Source: Octopus sinensis
Taxonomy: Eukaryota
Length of the DNA: 64,000 bases
Direction of reading: 5' to 3'
NCBI RefSeq assembly: GCF_006345805.1
Contig: NC_043006.1
Coordinates: 66,960,001-67,024,000, forward strand
This document shows, one piece after another, positions 11,635 to 25,819 of the stretch (position 1 is the first letter of the stretch; each line of letters begins with the position of its first letter). The notes under the pieces were generated by a model, which saw only the letters and a program-made list of their open reading frames with translations, did not search any database and was not told the origin of the DNA. The position numbers and the translations under genes were made by a program.

Positions 11635-12670
11635 ATATTACAGATGAGGAACAAAAAGCATTACAATGTCTACAAGAAGACCATCTATAGTCATTAAAGA
11701 AACTGACCAAGGACGAGCCATTGTAATAATGGACAAGACCCATTACAGGGAAACAGTCTTAGAACAACTTAATGACCAAATTTACCAACAAATTCAAGTA
11801 TGACCTAACAAAAGAGGAGTTAGATTACCTCCCTAATTTTGAAGTGAAAACAAATAATTTTTATGGACTTCCTAAAATCCATAAATCCAAACAGATCAAC
11901 AACAGCTTAAAAGACTTCCGTAATCCATATATAAAGATTCCCAAACCAACTGATCTTAAATAACGTCCAACTATTGCAGGACCAGCAGCCAGCACCCAAA
12001 TATTAAGCAACTTGTTGGACATACTTTCAAAACCTTTATGCAGATTAGTTTCCACTTTCATCAGAGATGGCATGCACTCCTTAAACCATATCTCAGAAAG
12101 GGTAGATAGAGAGAGAGAGAGTATAGTTAGATTTGACGTAACTAGTTTCTATACATATATTTCTCTTATATATATGGACTATAAGCAGTAGAATTATATT
12201 TTGAAACTTAAGCAAGGAGGACTTTACAAAATTTTCTTAAATTAATAAATAGCTTTCAAGTCTCATTCCAATTTACTATGGAAATGAATGAAAATGAACT
12301 CCCCTTTCTGGACATCCTTATAATTAAAGAAAATTAGACAGTTATAACTGACCTCTACTACAAGAACACAGACACACACCAATATTTAGATTGTAGGTCT
12401 TGCCACCCTTCCCATACTAAAAGGAACATACCATTTAACATGGCAAGGCGCATATGCTCACTAGTCACACATCCTATCAGACGAGAGAAACGACTGGCAG
12501 AGCTTAATAACAAAAATATACAAAGTTTAATCAAACATGCCATAACAAAAGGAAAGTGCCAGAAATAAAAGTCAGAAGGCATAGGATATTTTTTAAAATA
12601 TAAAACTGTATAAAATATTTTTATACACAAAGGGGAGACCATTGACAGGACTCCTTACATGCTAAAAGGG
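11635..12670 (+). mobile_element. Penelope-like element reverse transcriptase pseudogene, internally deleted
   Basis: IKETDQGRAIVIMDKTHY, FYGLPKIHK, RPTIAGP, FDVTSFYT, IQFTME..LPFLDILI, TDLYYKNTDTHQYL..SCHPSHTKRNIPF motifs; stops and frameshifts. Confidence 0.9.
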
Positions 12671-13695
12671 CTAGTTAGAACGTAAACCATATGTATATAT
12701 GTGTATATGTATGCATGAATGCATATTTTCTGAGCACCAATTTTGCTTCTTGTCCTTTCCGAAACGATAGAATGGAGTACCAGTAAAGTATTATGGTCGT
12801 CTTGCCCCCTCCCTCAAAACTTGTAGCATTGTGTCAAAATAATTAAGAATAACTGCTATCATTGTTTTTCTGAAGTTGCACGTATCCATGCAACTGGTTG
12901 AATTTTATTTCTTCTCGGACCACAACGGATGGCTTAGGATGTTCGACATTTTGTCTGTTCTCTTATATAAAAAACCCAATTTATATGGAATATTTCTCTG
13001 ACTTTGTTTCAAAGATATTCCAAACATTTCTTTCTGAACCAACCAAACAAACTGTGCTTACATTTTTCCCATTTCCAGTTTCAAATTTAGTTTTCCCAAA
13101 ATTTATTTTCCAAAACTAATCCTGGAATGCTGGAACTAAATGTTATCAATGTCTCGATGTTGCCAACTATTAGCGAGGTCTAGGGAATCGTGGCAAACGA
13201 TTTTTGAGCAACGCTTGGAGAAACTAACTCTCAACTGGAATAGATCCAGTGCAGAAAATGTTTACTGGTTCAACGAAAATTATACAGAAAATCATTGATG
13301 CAAAGTGGGACAGATATGAACGCTATACAAAACGCATTCTACTATAAAAAAAAATCTTTTTTTACGCTTTTTATAGCAACTCAAACTTTGTATCAGATAC
13401 TTTCAAATAATGCTTGCCGAACCAAGTAAAGCGGCTTTCTACACAGCAACAACAACACAAACATTAACGTTTATCTTTTCAAGGTTTATACCCAAATTTT
13501 GCGGCAGAGATTCTAAGGCCGCCATAAATAATTGCCAAGTGCATAACCTTGTTAAAAGCTCCGTTCTTGCCTTTGGGATATATCATTGCTACTGCTGTTG
13601 TTACTACTACTACTACTGTGAAGACGACGAGTTGGCACGATGAACAAAATGTTTTACGTTCGAAGCTTTGTGCTGAAATTTCAAATTATTATCAA

Positions 13696-14520
<825 letters not shown>

Positions 14521-15492
14521 CACCAGCATTACGTTCTTAGGCCAGGTGAACGATTGACCCAGTTCCGTTTCATCGCTTTGTTTTGCTGTGCTTCAAGACA
14601 AGTCTGTTGTTCTTTGCTCAAACGATTGCAATCTGCCTTGGAGTGTTGTTTGACTGCCTGTCTGTGTGTACACGTGCCTCTGTGTGCGTGTGTGCGCGCG
14701 TGCACGTTTAACGTATCTGTCTATATGTGCGCGTTTGCTTGCGTGTGGGTTTTGCTTAGGCGCATGTACTCTTATTTGTGATTGTATCAACAATTATATG
14801 TATATGACTCCACCAGCCAATCTGCATAGTATGTGTTTGTGTCTAAAACTATCTCTGAATGTGTCTAGAAGAACGCCGCTCTGTTTTGAAGTTTCTTAAA
14901 TTCCTCTACATCTGCGTAAACAATTATTTTACTGAGAGAAGTTAAACTTCAATTAAATTGGTTTTTTTCCTTCGGCTGTTTTTTGTAACTTGGATAACTA
15001 ATCCATGGTGTGAAACACTCTCATAGACCGTCAGGACAAATCTTTGACAGGTTAATCGATTAAGCAACTAATTGTTCAGTTGAGGGGTAATATAAGTGAA
15101 GTAAAATATAACCAGTGCATGTGCATCTATTGACAATATGACCGTCCCGAAATGTAGTAATACCATTACCTTTTTTCTCAAAACATCTGGAAACTAAAGT
15201 ATAGTTGAATTATCAAGATTTCTGTAATCTACAAAATGGCTGAAATTGCAATGGAGTAAATACATGTATTGTATGTTCCACTGAGAGATAAACTATCTTG
15301 ATGTAACACATCTATATACTATGGTTAATACTAGCAGAACTTATGAATGTATGTAGGCATCAAAACAAATCCCTGCTAATACATGCTATACAAACAAGAT
15401 CAACACCATCCGTATAACTAACATGTGTTGCCCTACCTCTTATACTTGACAACAATCAAGTCACATACAATAATATCTTCAATATCTTCTAC

Positions 15493-15897
15493 AGGCGCAG
15501 GAGTGTCTGTGTGGTAAGAACCTTGCTTCCCAACAACATGGTTCCGGGTTCAGTCTCACTGCATGGAACCTTGTTCAAGTGTCTTCTATTATAGCCTCGG
15601 GTCGCCCAAAGGCTTGTGAGTGGATTTTGTAGACGGAAACAGAAAGAAGACCGTCGTATATATATGTATCTATGTATGTGTATTTATGTATGTGTGTGTT
15701 TGTGTCTGTGTTTGTCCCCCAACCATCGCTTGACAACCGATGAGGGTGTGTTTACGTTCCATCACTTAGCGGTTAGCCAAAAAGAGACCAATAGAATAAG
15801 TACTAGGCTTACAAAGAATAAGTCCTGAGGTCGATTTATTCGACTAAAGATGGTGCTCCAGTATAGCCGCGGTGAAATAACTGACGCAAGTAAAGAA
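15493..15897 (+). mobile_element. SINE family A, full length
   Basis: AGGCGCAGGAGTG head, GGTTCAGTC B-box-like motif, complete tail. Confidence 0.9.
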
Positions 15898-15974
15898 ATC
15901 CAGAATGATTGGTAAACGAAGTAACCATTTCTACAGAGATTCCCCATCAATCTATCAATAAACCGCTAGCGAAT

Positions 15975-16350
15975 CGTCTGTCTTTACGTTCTGAGTTCAA
16001 ATTCCGCCGAGGTCGACTTTACCTTTCATCCTTTCGGGGTCGATTAAATAAGTACCAGTTACGTACTGGGGTGGATATAATCGACTTAATCCGTTTGTCT
16101 GTCCTTGTTTGTCCCCTCTGTGTGTAGCCCCTTGTGGGCAGTAAAGGAATACGAAACGTTGGCATGCCGGGCGAAATGCTGAGGGCTATTTCGCTTTTCT
16201 TTACGTTCTGAAATCAAATTCCGCCGAGGTCGACTTTGCCTTTCATCTTTTCGGGATCGATAAGTTAAGTACCAGTTGCGTACTGGGTTCGATATAATCG
16301 ACCAGTACCCGCCCCTAAAATATCGGGACTTGTGCCTAGAGTAGAAGAGA
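15975..16350 (+). mobile_element. SINE family B, two tandem units
   Basis: TTACGTTCTGAGTTCAAATTCCGCCGAGGTCGACTTT core occurs twice with different tails. Confidence 0.85.
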
Positions 16351-17019
16351 ATAAACCGCCAGCAACACGTTATCTTCACGCCAAACATTGTCATATGGAC
16401 CAGTGACCACTATTAAAAATTGTATCATCCGAATAATTTATCTTGTTGCTTATTTTACCCTGCTAAATAACATCATCCACTCCTTCCGTCCACCGTTTTC
16501 TTGCGTACAGAATCGGATTCAACATAATGTAAGCCTCTAAGTAGCGAATAATTGATTCACTAAGTCCTGTTTAATGACACAACACAACAGAACAAAGAGT
16601 AATTCTATATATATATCGATATCTTCTTCATCTAAAAGTACACGCGCGCACACACACGCGCCCCCGGGCACGCACACACAGATATATCTATTTGTCCTTT
16701 ATACTCTACTTGCTCAGTTATTACACTACGGCCATGCTGGGGCAGCATCTTGGCGGATGTAGTCGAACAAATCAAGTCCAGTTTGGTACTTACTTTTTCG
16801 GGCTCCTTTCCAGAACTACAAGGTTACAGGTAAACAACAACCAAAACCATTTGTCAAGCGATTGAGGAAGGAACACACATATGTGTGTATGTATCATACA
16901 TACATATATATATAATATATATAATATATATATATATAGATATATAATATATATAATATATATATATATATACATACATACATATATATACATATTTATA
17001 GGTATATATATATATATAT

Positions 17020-17129
17020 ATGTTCCTCTTTTTTGTATCACCTAGCTGTCTGGATGTTTTGCGTTCTTGTCCCATTTTGTATATATATACATATATATAT
17101 ATATATATACATATACACACACACACATA

Positions 17130-17167
<38 letters not shown>

Positions 17168-17778
17168 TAGCGGAGTACGTACACTTTCGTCTCATATATG
17201 GCAGCGTATATTTATCTAAATCTTGTAGGATTCTATTCTTCCCTTCTTTTATTCTTTCTTTCTCGGTTCGGCCGCTGTCCGTGCAGCATTTATATTCTTC
17301 CCTGTGCCTGTGAAAACTTGTACCCCTGCCGTAAGGCCACACATGCCAGCTTAATTTAATTCCTCCCATAACACCTGCTGTTATGGCCTGTTATTTGTAT
17401 TTGTTTAACATTGTCCGTTATTTTCAGTCCTTGTTTTCGTATACATTCGCTGCTTTCTTCTAAGGAATCTAATTCTCTTAGCTTAGTTTTTCCTTGGGTC
17501 TGGGCAGATTGAAGCAATCTCAAGTATAACCAGCCGAAATTGCAAAGATAATCTGGAACTCGACTGAGGAAACAAAACTTCAAATGACCCGTCCTTGCTT
17601 TCTGTGTATCATCAGTCTGGATGTTTTGTTGTCCCCCTTTTTGCATCACATATCTGGATGCGTTGCGTTCTTGTTCTTGTCCCATTTTCTATTATATATA
17701 TATATATATATATAGTGTGTGTGTGTGTGTAATATATATATATATATTATATATATATTATATATATATATATATAAT

Positions 17779-17817
<39 letters not shown>

Positions 17818-17831
17818 ATAGATATATAATG

Positions 17832-17864
<33 letters not shown>

Positions 17865-17900
17865 GTAGTGGCGTACGTACACTTTGATCTCTTATATGTA
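17020..17900. repeat. Partial tandem of a ~520-bp unit separated by (TA)n tracts
   Basis: Unit end GTTCTTGTCCCATTTT at ~17063 and ~17673; unit start TACGTACACTTT at ~17176 and ~17874. Confidence 0.7.
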
Positions 17901-17927
17901 AGTATATAGATAGATAGAGAGATAGAG

Positions 17928-17986
<59 letters not shown>

Positions 17987-18346
17987 TGTATGCACATACA
18001 CACAGAGAGATATATAATGATAATTGCTTCATATTGACAGATGATAGTCATGCCATCAGCACACACACCACACCCAACCATATAATACAATCCCTCCGTT
18101 GATGAGCGCTCGGATGTCTTTCAAGACCAGATGCTGCCTGACAGCATTTAAAACACAAGTGACAGATGTATGTATAACGTACATTTATGTTCATCCGCGT
18201 GTGTGTTATTATTTGTGGAACGTCACTTTCAGTGCAACCTGTTACACGGTTGTGTCAGTCATTAGAGATGAGGCCAGCACCCTGAAAAGACTAGGCTGAC
18301 ATATAAGGAAGTTGAGCAGAAGCCGAGAAGAAGAAGCATAAGAATT

Positions 18347-18745
18347 CCTTTCTTCTCTAGGCACAAAGCCCGAAATTTTGGGGGAGGAGGCCCATCGATT
18401 ATAATTACCCCCAGTACGCAACTGGTACTTAATCTATCGACCCTGAAATGATGAAAGGCACAGTTAACCTCGGCGGAATTTCAACTCAGAACGCAAAGAC
18501 AGACGTAATACCGATTTCTTTACTACCCACAATGGACTAAACACATCGAAAACAAAGAAGGACAGACAAAGGGATTAAGCCGATTACATCGACCCCAGTG
18601 CGCAATTGGTACCTAATTTATCGACCACGAAAGGATAAAAGGCAAAGTCGACCTCGGCGTAATTTGAACTCAGAACGTATAGGCAGACGAAATACCGCTA
18701 AGTATTTCGCCCGGCGTGATAACGTTTCTTCCAGCTCGCCGCCTT
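18347..18745 (-). mobile_element. SINE family B dimer with tRNA-like head
   Basis: Head AGGCGGCGAGCTGG...GTTCTGAGTTCAAAT on the minus strand followed by two core units. Confidence 0.85.
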
Positions 18746-19016
18746 AAGAAGCATAAAAATTGTTTAAAGAACAGCTGATCTTTAATTGCTACATAGCAAG
18801 AGTTCACGGGAAGATAGAAAAGCCAGAGATGGTAAACGAAGGCTGGGAATGATAAAACCATGGTTTTGTCAGAATGTGGTAGAGAACACCTGCACTACTT
18901 CCTCTTGACTGAGGCCAAGAAGACCACGTTACGGAGTTACATCTTGATAAAAATATAATCTTTAGCGTTCAGCTACATGAATGTTTCCAAAGGTCTGGTT
19001 GTCATGAAAACTTGTT

Positions 19017-19400
19017 ATTTCTTTATTGCCCACAAGGGGCTAAACATAGAGGGGACAAACAAGGACAGACAAAGGGATTAAGTCGATTACATCGACCTCA
19101 GTGCGTAACTGGTACTTAATTTATCGACCCCGGAAGGATGAAAGGCAAAGTCGACCTCGGCGGAATTTGAACTTAGAACGTAACTGCAGACGAAATACCT
19201 ATTTCTTTACTACCCACAAGAGGCTAAACACAGAAAGGACAAACAAGGACAGACAAACGGATTAAGTCTATTACATCGACCCCAGTGCGTAACTGGTACT
19301 TATTTAATCGACCCCGAAAGGATGAAAGGCTAAGTCGACCTCGGCGGAATTTGAACTCAGAACGTAGCGGTAGACCTAATACGGCTACGCATTTTGCCCA
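19017..19400 (-). mobile_element. SINE family B, two ~183-bp tandem units
   Basis: ATTTCTTTA(T/C)T(G/A)CCCACAAG unit repeated. Confidence 0.85.
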
Positions 19401-19583
19401 TCGAGATGGTGGTGTGGATTTCCACCTCGGCATCCGAAACTCAGAGTTTTATCTTGGCTACCGAATAATTGTCACATAACATTTCATAGATAAATTTCCT
19501 CTATTTACATAATATTGCGGTTTCTTTCTTTCTTTTGTTATCTTACCGTTTTTACCAATATATATATATATATACACACACAC

Positions 19584-20758
19584 ATTAGGTTGAAAAGGAA
19601 CTGCTGTTGAATTTTAAGATGTAGGAAAAGAAATTCTTGTTTGGTTTTAATTTATAAATTTAATTAAGATAATATTTTCTGTCATTATTGATAACATTAT
19701 ACCACCTATTGTTGATCTCTCGGGCGTAAAATGCTTCAGGTTCCGAAGCAAAGAAACACTCAACATCATTTTAAATTTCTTTACAATTAATAATGATTGC
19801 CCTCAAAATAATGTTGCAATGATTTGAAAACTTGATAGCCAGATGCAGCGGGATCAGTAGAGTAAGGAGCCAGACGCAAGACCCCCTTATTTTGTACCTT
19901 AATTCTTTCATAGTTGGTTAATATATGGCCTTGCATCAACGTGTAAGAGCAACATCCATTTACGCTTATATTCAATAATTTTTCTGCAATGTTTCCTATT
20001 GATCCAAACATTTCTCGGCATTAATTGTTTCATTTTGGTTTAAAATTTCACACCAAACACAGAACGTAACATTTTTTTAATGTTGTCCTAGATGGGGATG
20101 GATTCTCCTACTTTATTTGATACTAAATTTTTCTAATTCTTTTCCTCCCGTAGGGTACAATTATAAAGAACAACCTTTTCATCACAGACAATGATTCAAA
20201 CCAGGAAAGATTTGGTAACCAGTCTACACTTCAATGCCGAGCATAGTGCAACTGTTCGATTAGGATGAGAATCAAAGAGCCTTTTAGACCCTTTTCCTTG
20301 TTTTTGAAGGTTATTTATGATTGAAGTGTGACTTGAATTCAAATACTTTTGGTTCTATATTTGAATCAAGTTTTGGATTGTCCTCAAATACAGTTTTCAG
20401 AAAAACAATATTGACAGAACTTAGTCTGTGAGAAAAAGAAAATATGTCCCAACCAAAGTTGGACAAACCATCTTTGGCATATTCGAGCGTGTACAGTGAT
20501 ATTACCGTAAACAAAACGAATATTGCTTGTTGCTTCTATGACTGAAGACCCATTTGTTTGAATCCACACACAATATAGTGTCTGATATGGCTCTGCTATA
20601 ATCTCACTTCAAAATGGTAAAATCGATATGAATTTAACCGTTACAGTATAAAGTAATCTGCAAAGAAAACGATCGATTGTAAAAAGTTATGCTTATTAGA
20701 GTATTTCTACTGAAAAATGTACCCTCAAAATGATCGTACAGTTTCTGTACAGCCTGAT
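19584..20758 (-). mobile_element. Decayed near full-length mariner transposon
   Basis: Degenerate TIRs ATTAGGTTGAAAAGGAACTG / CAGTTTCTGTACAGCCTGAT; N-terminal EATSNIRFVYG..CQRWF; C-terminal APYSTDPAASGYQVFKSLQHYF (YSPDLAPSDY motif). Confidence 0.85.
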
Positions 20759-20968
20759 TTTCTCAGCTGTTCTTTGTTTTTTTTAACACTCAACGACTAA
20801 AAAGAGAGCTTTCGTAGACGAAATATTGCCACCTAAAACAATTAACCAAAATACATTAAGTATATGTATGTGACACCGATAAGGTTTATATACATATAAT
20901 TTTATATACAAATTTATATATATATAAATTTATACATACATATATAGAGAGAAAGATAGATAGATAGA

Positions 20969-21468
20969 TAGATTCAGATGAATATGGTACTTAAGTTGAA
21001 GCGCTATAATTTAGTATGGTATTATCCATACAATTTCAAAGTAAGGTGATTAAAATCAAAATAAGCAAAATATATCCTTATATCCAAAGGTAATGCAGTA
21101 CGATCGTTTCATGCTACGAGTTTTGCTACACAAACACGCACACACACACATACACACCCACATATGTATGAATGTATGTATGTATTACAAGGATATATAT
21201 ACATTAATACATACATACATTCATACATATGTGGGTGTGTATGTGTGTGTGTGCGTGCGTGTGTGTGTGTAGCAAAAATTTAGATTCATAAGTTGAGGCA
21301 CCAGAATTTTGTACGTTATTATCCATACAATTTCAAAGTAAGGTGATTAAAATCAAAATAAGCAACAAGGATATACAAAGGTAATGCAGTACGATCGTTT
21401 TATGCAATTCCATTTAATGGAGTTGCATGAAACGATCGTACAACATTACCTCTGGATATCCTTGTTGC
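20969..21468. repeat. Duplicated PLE-terminus-like unit with two fold-back palindromes (21121-21277, 21362-21468)
   Basis: TATTATCCATACAATTTCAAAGTAAGG...GTACGATCGTTT occurs twice; hammerhead half GAAAC-GATC-GTA at 21429-21440. Confidence 0.75.
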
Positions 21469-21772
21469 GTATTTTAATATATATACACATATACCTACAT
21501 TCATAATATTTACATACATATACATATTATATATATATATATGTGTGTATAAACAAACACACACACATATGTTGATAGTTAAATAGATATACACTCTTAC
21601 ATGTACGCATACACTAGCACATACATACACAAATTCAGACCTGTATTTAATATATTCAATTAGTGTTTAAGCTTCATAAAAATAAATACAATATTTTAAG
21701 AGCACAGTTATTAGCATATTATTAATTACCCACGTATTACACAATATTCGTAAGTGAATATAGTTACATATA

Positions 21773-21827
<55 letters not shown>

Positions 21828-22085
21828 TATATAGAGGAGAGAGAGAGAGAGAGAGAGATCGGTTAAATCGATTTTTCATGGCAACATGTTATAAAGAGCA
21901 GAAAAAATCCTTTTCACAGAGGTTTCATAATTTAATTGTGTTCTGCACCTGTTTCCACCGTTAGAATACAATCCTAACCTTTTATGTAATTTCACTATAA
22001 AAACAATTTATTTAAATGGAATTGTAAAACTAATGTCTGTATATATGTATAGACAGACGACAGCCAGACTGACAAACCGACAGGC

Positions 22086-22086
<1 letters not shown>

Positions 22087-22164
<78 letters not shown>

Positions 22165-22270
22165 AAGATAGATAGATAGATAGATAGATTGACTGATTGA
22201 TTGATTTATTGATATATAGATAGATAGAGACAGACAGACAGACAGACAGAATATATATATATATATATAT

Positions 22271-22358
<88 letters not shown>

Positions 22359-22366
22359 TAGATAGT

Positions 22367-22458
<92 letters not shown>
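22087..22458. repeat. (GATA)n compound microsatellite
   Basis: Directly visible. Confidence 0.95.
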
Positions 22459-23339
22459 CAGGTATGTCATTCTAGCTGAGTATACAAATTATTATTAGGT
22501 TTATAAACTTTGCCGGCATTTTTAGCAAAACATTAAACGCTCTTCAAATATTCCACTAAAGGCTCCAAGTGATGTAATATTTAATTTTCTGGTTACAAAT
22601 ATTATGTATATTGTAGCATCTATATTTGATGCACGTTTGACTTTATCACATAATTTCGACAAGGGAAAATTCACAAACGATGTGTTGCAGGCAATCAGAG
22701 TGCGCAATACTGCAAATTTTGGTATAAGAAGTTTTAAATGTCAAGACGTCGATAAATTTGTTCCTGATACAGAAGGTGACGAAGGAAGTATTAGGACATT
22801 GGGCAGTAGCTTACATCCCCACTGTTTCTTTGGTTTTTCATTCTTCTTTATGAAACCACATTTTCGAGTATTTTACCCGAATATAAGATTGTTGGTCCAT
22901 AAATTCTGTGAATCTATGAAAGTATTTGCATGTAGGGTCATTGATTTTAGTTAATCTTTGGATAACATTTATGTTATATAGTGAAACAGTACACCCCTCC
23001 CAGTAAAATGTGGTAGTAGGCAGCCATTATAAATACACCAGTTAGCCAGTCGACAGTAGATGGTCAGGAAGGTTGAGAGTACGTGTGGACTATGTTGATA
23101 ATCGTGTCTGTGCTGATATAGTGATTGTACCGTGATACTGAGTGGACGTTAAAACGATCCAACCTTTTGAAGATACTAACTCTGTATGACTGGGGGTCGT
23201 ACAGTACCAGATAGAACAATTCTATTGACAACTTCGGAATATAACAACTGTCGCCAAAAGACAGATAAAGCAGCGGCAAAAGATCGATTTACAATTTACT
23301 TTCTATTTCGTCTTAATATGGAAACCCTGGTCAGTGTTT

Positions 23340-23540
23340 CGAGGTGGCAGAATCGCCAGACAAAATGCTTAGCGGCATTTCTTCTGACTTAACGATATGA
23401 GATCAAATACCGCCCGGTTCGACGTTGCCTTACATCCTTAATGGGGTGGATAAAAGTAGTACCAGTTGAGCTTTGAGGGTCGATGTAGTCGATTTATACT
23501 TTTGCCAGGAATTTGCTGGGATTGTTTCAAAATTTAAAAT
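23340..23540 (+). mobile_element. SINE family B, diverged
   Basis: TGGCAGAATCG..AAAATGCTTAGCGGCATTTC head and decayed core. Confidence 0.7.
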
Positions 23541-23829
23541 CAACATAGAAACTCTGATGTGCTAAGAGACAATTCATAAGAATATTTAGATTGTAAATAT
23601 AGTATCTCGAATGTATGTATTCTATATAGTATATACTGCTATCGAAAACATACATGCACATAGAGAACGTGAACCAGAGTAAGTCGGATAAACATCGAAA
23701 AAGTGTGCAGCCCTGTAGACAACAGATAGTGACAGATCAACCAATTACCACACCAAGAGATCAACGTTTTGGACACGTATGCATAAAAGCGCAATTTAAT
23801 GAAAGATAAAAGGATATCTTCACTGGAGA

Positions 23830-24440
23830 GGGAATGGTTGTGTGGAAAGAAGCTTGCTTCCCAACCAGATAGTTCCAGGTTCAGTTCCACTGTGTGTCAC
23901 CTTGGGCAAGTGTCTTCTTCTATAGCCTCGGATTGACCAAGTCTTATTAGTGGATTTGGTAGACTGTAAGAAGTCCGTGGTGCTCGAAATACAAAAGTAG
24001 AGAAACAGCCAACAAATGATGAAGTATAGCTTTTAGTGTTGTTTGTCTTGTTTTCCATTTGTGTCTTTCGTTGTCCGAAAAAATATTTCATATTCCATGT
24101 ACTCGTACTTCGTATTTGTTGTTGTACACGTTTTGTGACGTCTTGTGGCCACATATGCATACATATATATACATATAGAAGATGTAAGTATGAACATATA
24201 CGTATGTATATATGCATATATATGTGTGTCCGTGTGTGTGTGTGTCTGTATTTGTCCCCACCGCCATCGCTTGGCGAGCGATTTTGATGTATTTACGTAT
24301 TCTAAACAAAGCTGCTCGGCAAAAGAGACCGATAGACTAAGTACTTGGCTTACAAAGAATAAGTCCTGGGGTCGATAGGTTGGACTACAGGTGGTGCTCC
24401 AGCACGGTCGCAGTCAAATGACTGAAACAAGTAAAAGTTA
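23830..24440 (+). mobile_element. SINE family A interrupted at ~23980-24150 by a fragment of the 59270-59790 repeat family
   Basis: SINE 5' half ends GAAGTCCG; the insert GCTCGAAAT..AGTAGA..ACAGCCAACAA matches the minus strand near 59375-59408; the 3' half resumes after (TG)n. Confidence 0.75.
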
Positions 24441-25259
24441 AAAAAAAAAGAAGAAATAATAATCAGAACTTAATTGTTTTTCACAGTGTAAACCTGGGCG
24501 ACATGCGTAAATCAAATAGAAAACGCGCAGCAAACTCAGAGGAACCAGATCTTTCTGAGGGAAACAAATTCAAGAGACAAACATACTATTATGCACAAGT
24601 CCAAAAGAACTCAATAGAAAACTTTAAATACTTCAAAAGGAAGAAAATTCTGCAAAAAAAACAGAGATTAAAAGGAAAAGGTTTTAATAATTTAATAATA
24701 CGAAAATTATGTTGTATTATTTAATATTACAGCATGACTACGCGTGGAATATTACACACGAACAGATGTCAGGAAAACAGAGACATACAATGCAGAAACA
24801 CATACATATATATACACAAATACATACACAACACACACACACGCACGTACACACACATATTATATATATATATATCATATTATATATATATATATACTTA
24901 TACTATATATATATAATATATATGAATATATAATACATTTAAATGTTTATGCATTCGTATATATACATACCATTCAAACATATATAAAACAATACACCCA
25001 TACTACGCACACACATGTACATGAATATATGAATGTAGTTATGCATGCCTTCTGCGGTTTCGATATAAAACATACATACATACATAACATACATACATTC
25101 ATACATACATACATACATCTGCAAGCATGTTGAAAGGAAATTAAAATAGAACTAAAAACTGTTTTCGTTTTAAACTTGTGGGCTAATTTAATATAGTTAC
25201 AAACGTAACAAGGCATTCATGTAGGTACATATATATACCTGTATATGTGAACGTAGGGA

Positions 25260-25308
<49 letters not shown>

Positions 25309-25784
25309 CAAATATTTACATATGTATATAGGCGTGCTTAGGTGTTTATGTACATGGGTATATGTGTGTATACGGATGATGTACATTTGCATGTGTTTAT
25401 ACGTGTGTGCGTATGTGTGTGTGTCGTGTGCGTGTGTGTGTGCCTTCGTATGTCTAATAGCCAAAAGGAATTCAAGAAAGGAATTTTTTATTCAAGTTTT
25501 TCAGTTTTAGGTTAATTCAATAAATTCCTGAGAAGTATATCAGAAATTGAAAGGTTTTTTTCCAAGGAAATCCAAATCTAAACAAACAAGCAAAGAAACA
25601 AACAAAAAAATAAATAAATAAACAAATAAAAGCCATCAGGGAAGAAATACACATAAAATTCCTCATTTCTTTCATATAACAAACTCTCGTACTTTTTTTA
25701 TCGTTTATTATGCTTATTTGTTTTTCTACTTTGCAAATTCAATGTTGTGTTTACTGTCATGCAAACACATACACACATATAATG

Positions 25785-25819
<35 letters not shown>

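Noticed and set aside
13100-13330. Possible Tc1 transposase C-terminus (KIIQKIIDAK)
   Set aside because: Similarity too short and no TIR identified.
22604-22954. 116-aa ORF in non-repetitive-looking sequence
   Set aside because: No recognisable domain; the minus strand weakly resembles a LINE relic; not assignable.
24490-24620. RKSNRKR..LSEGNKFKRQTYY resembling a hAT transposase segment
   Set aside because: Too short to support without a search.
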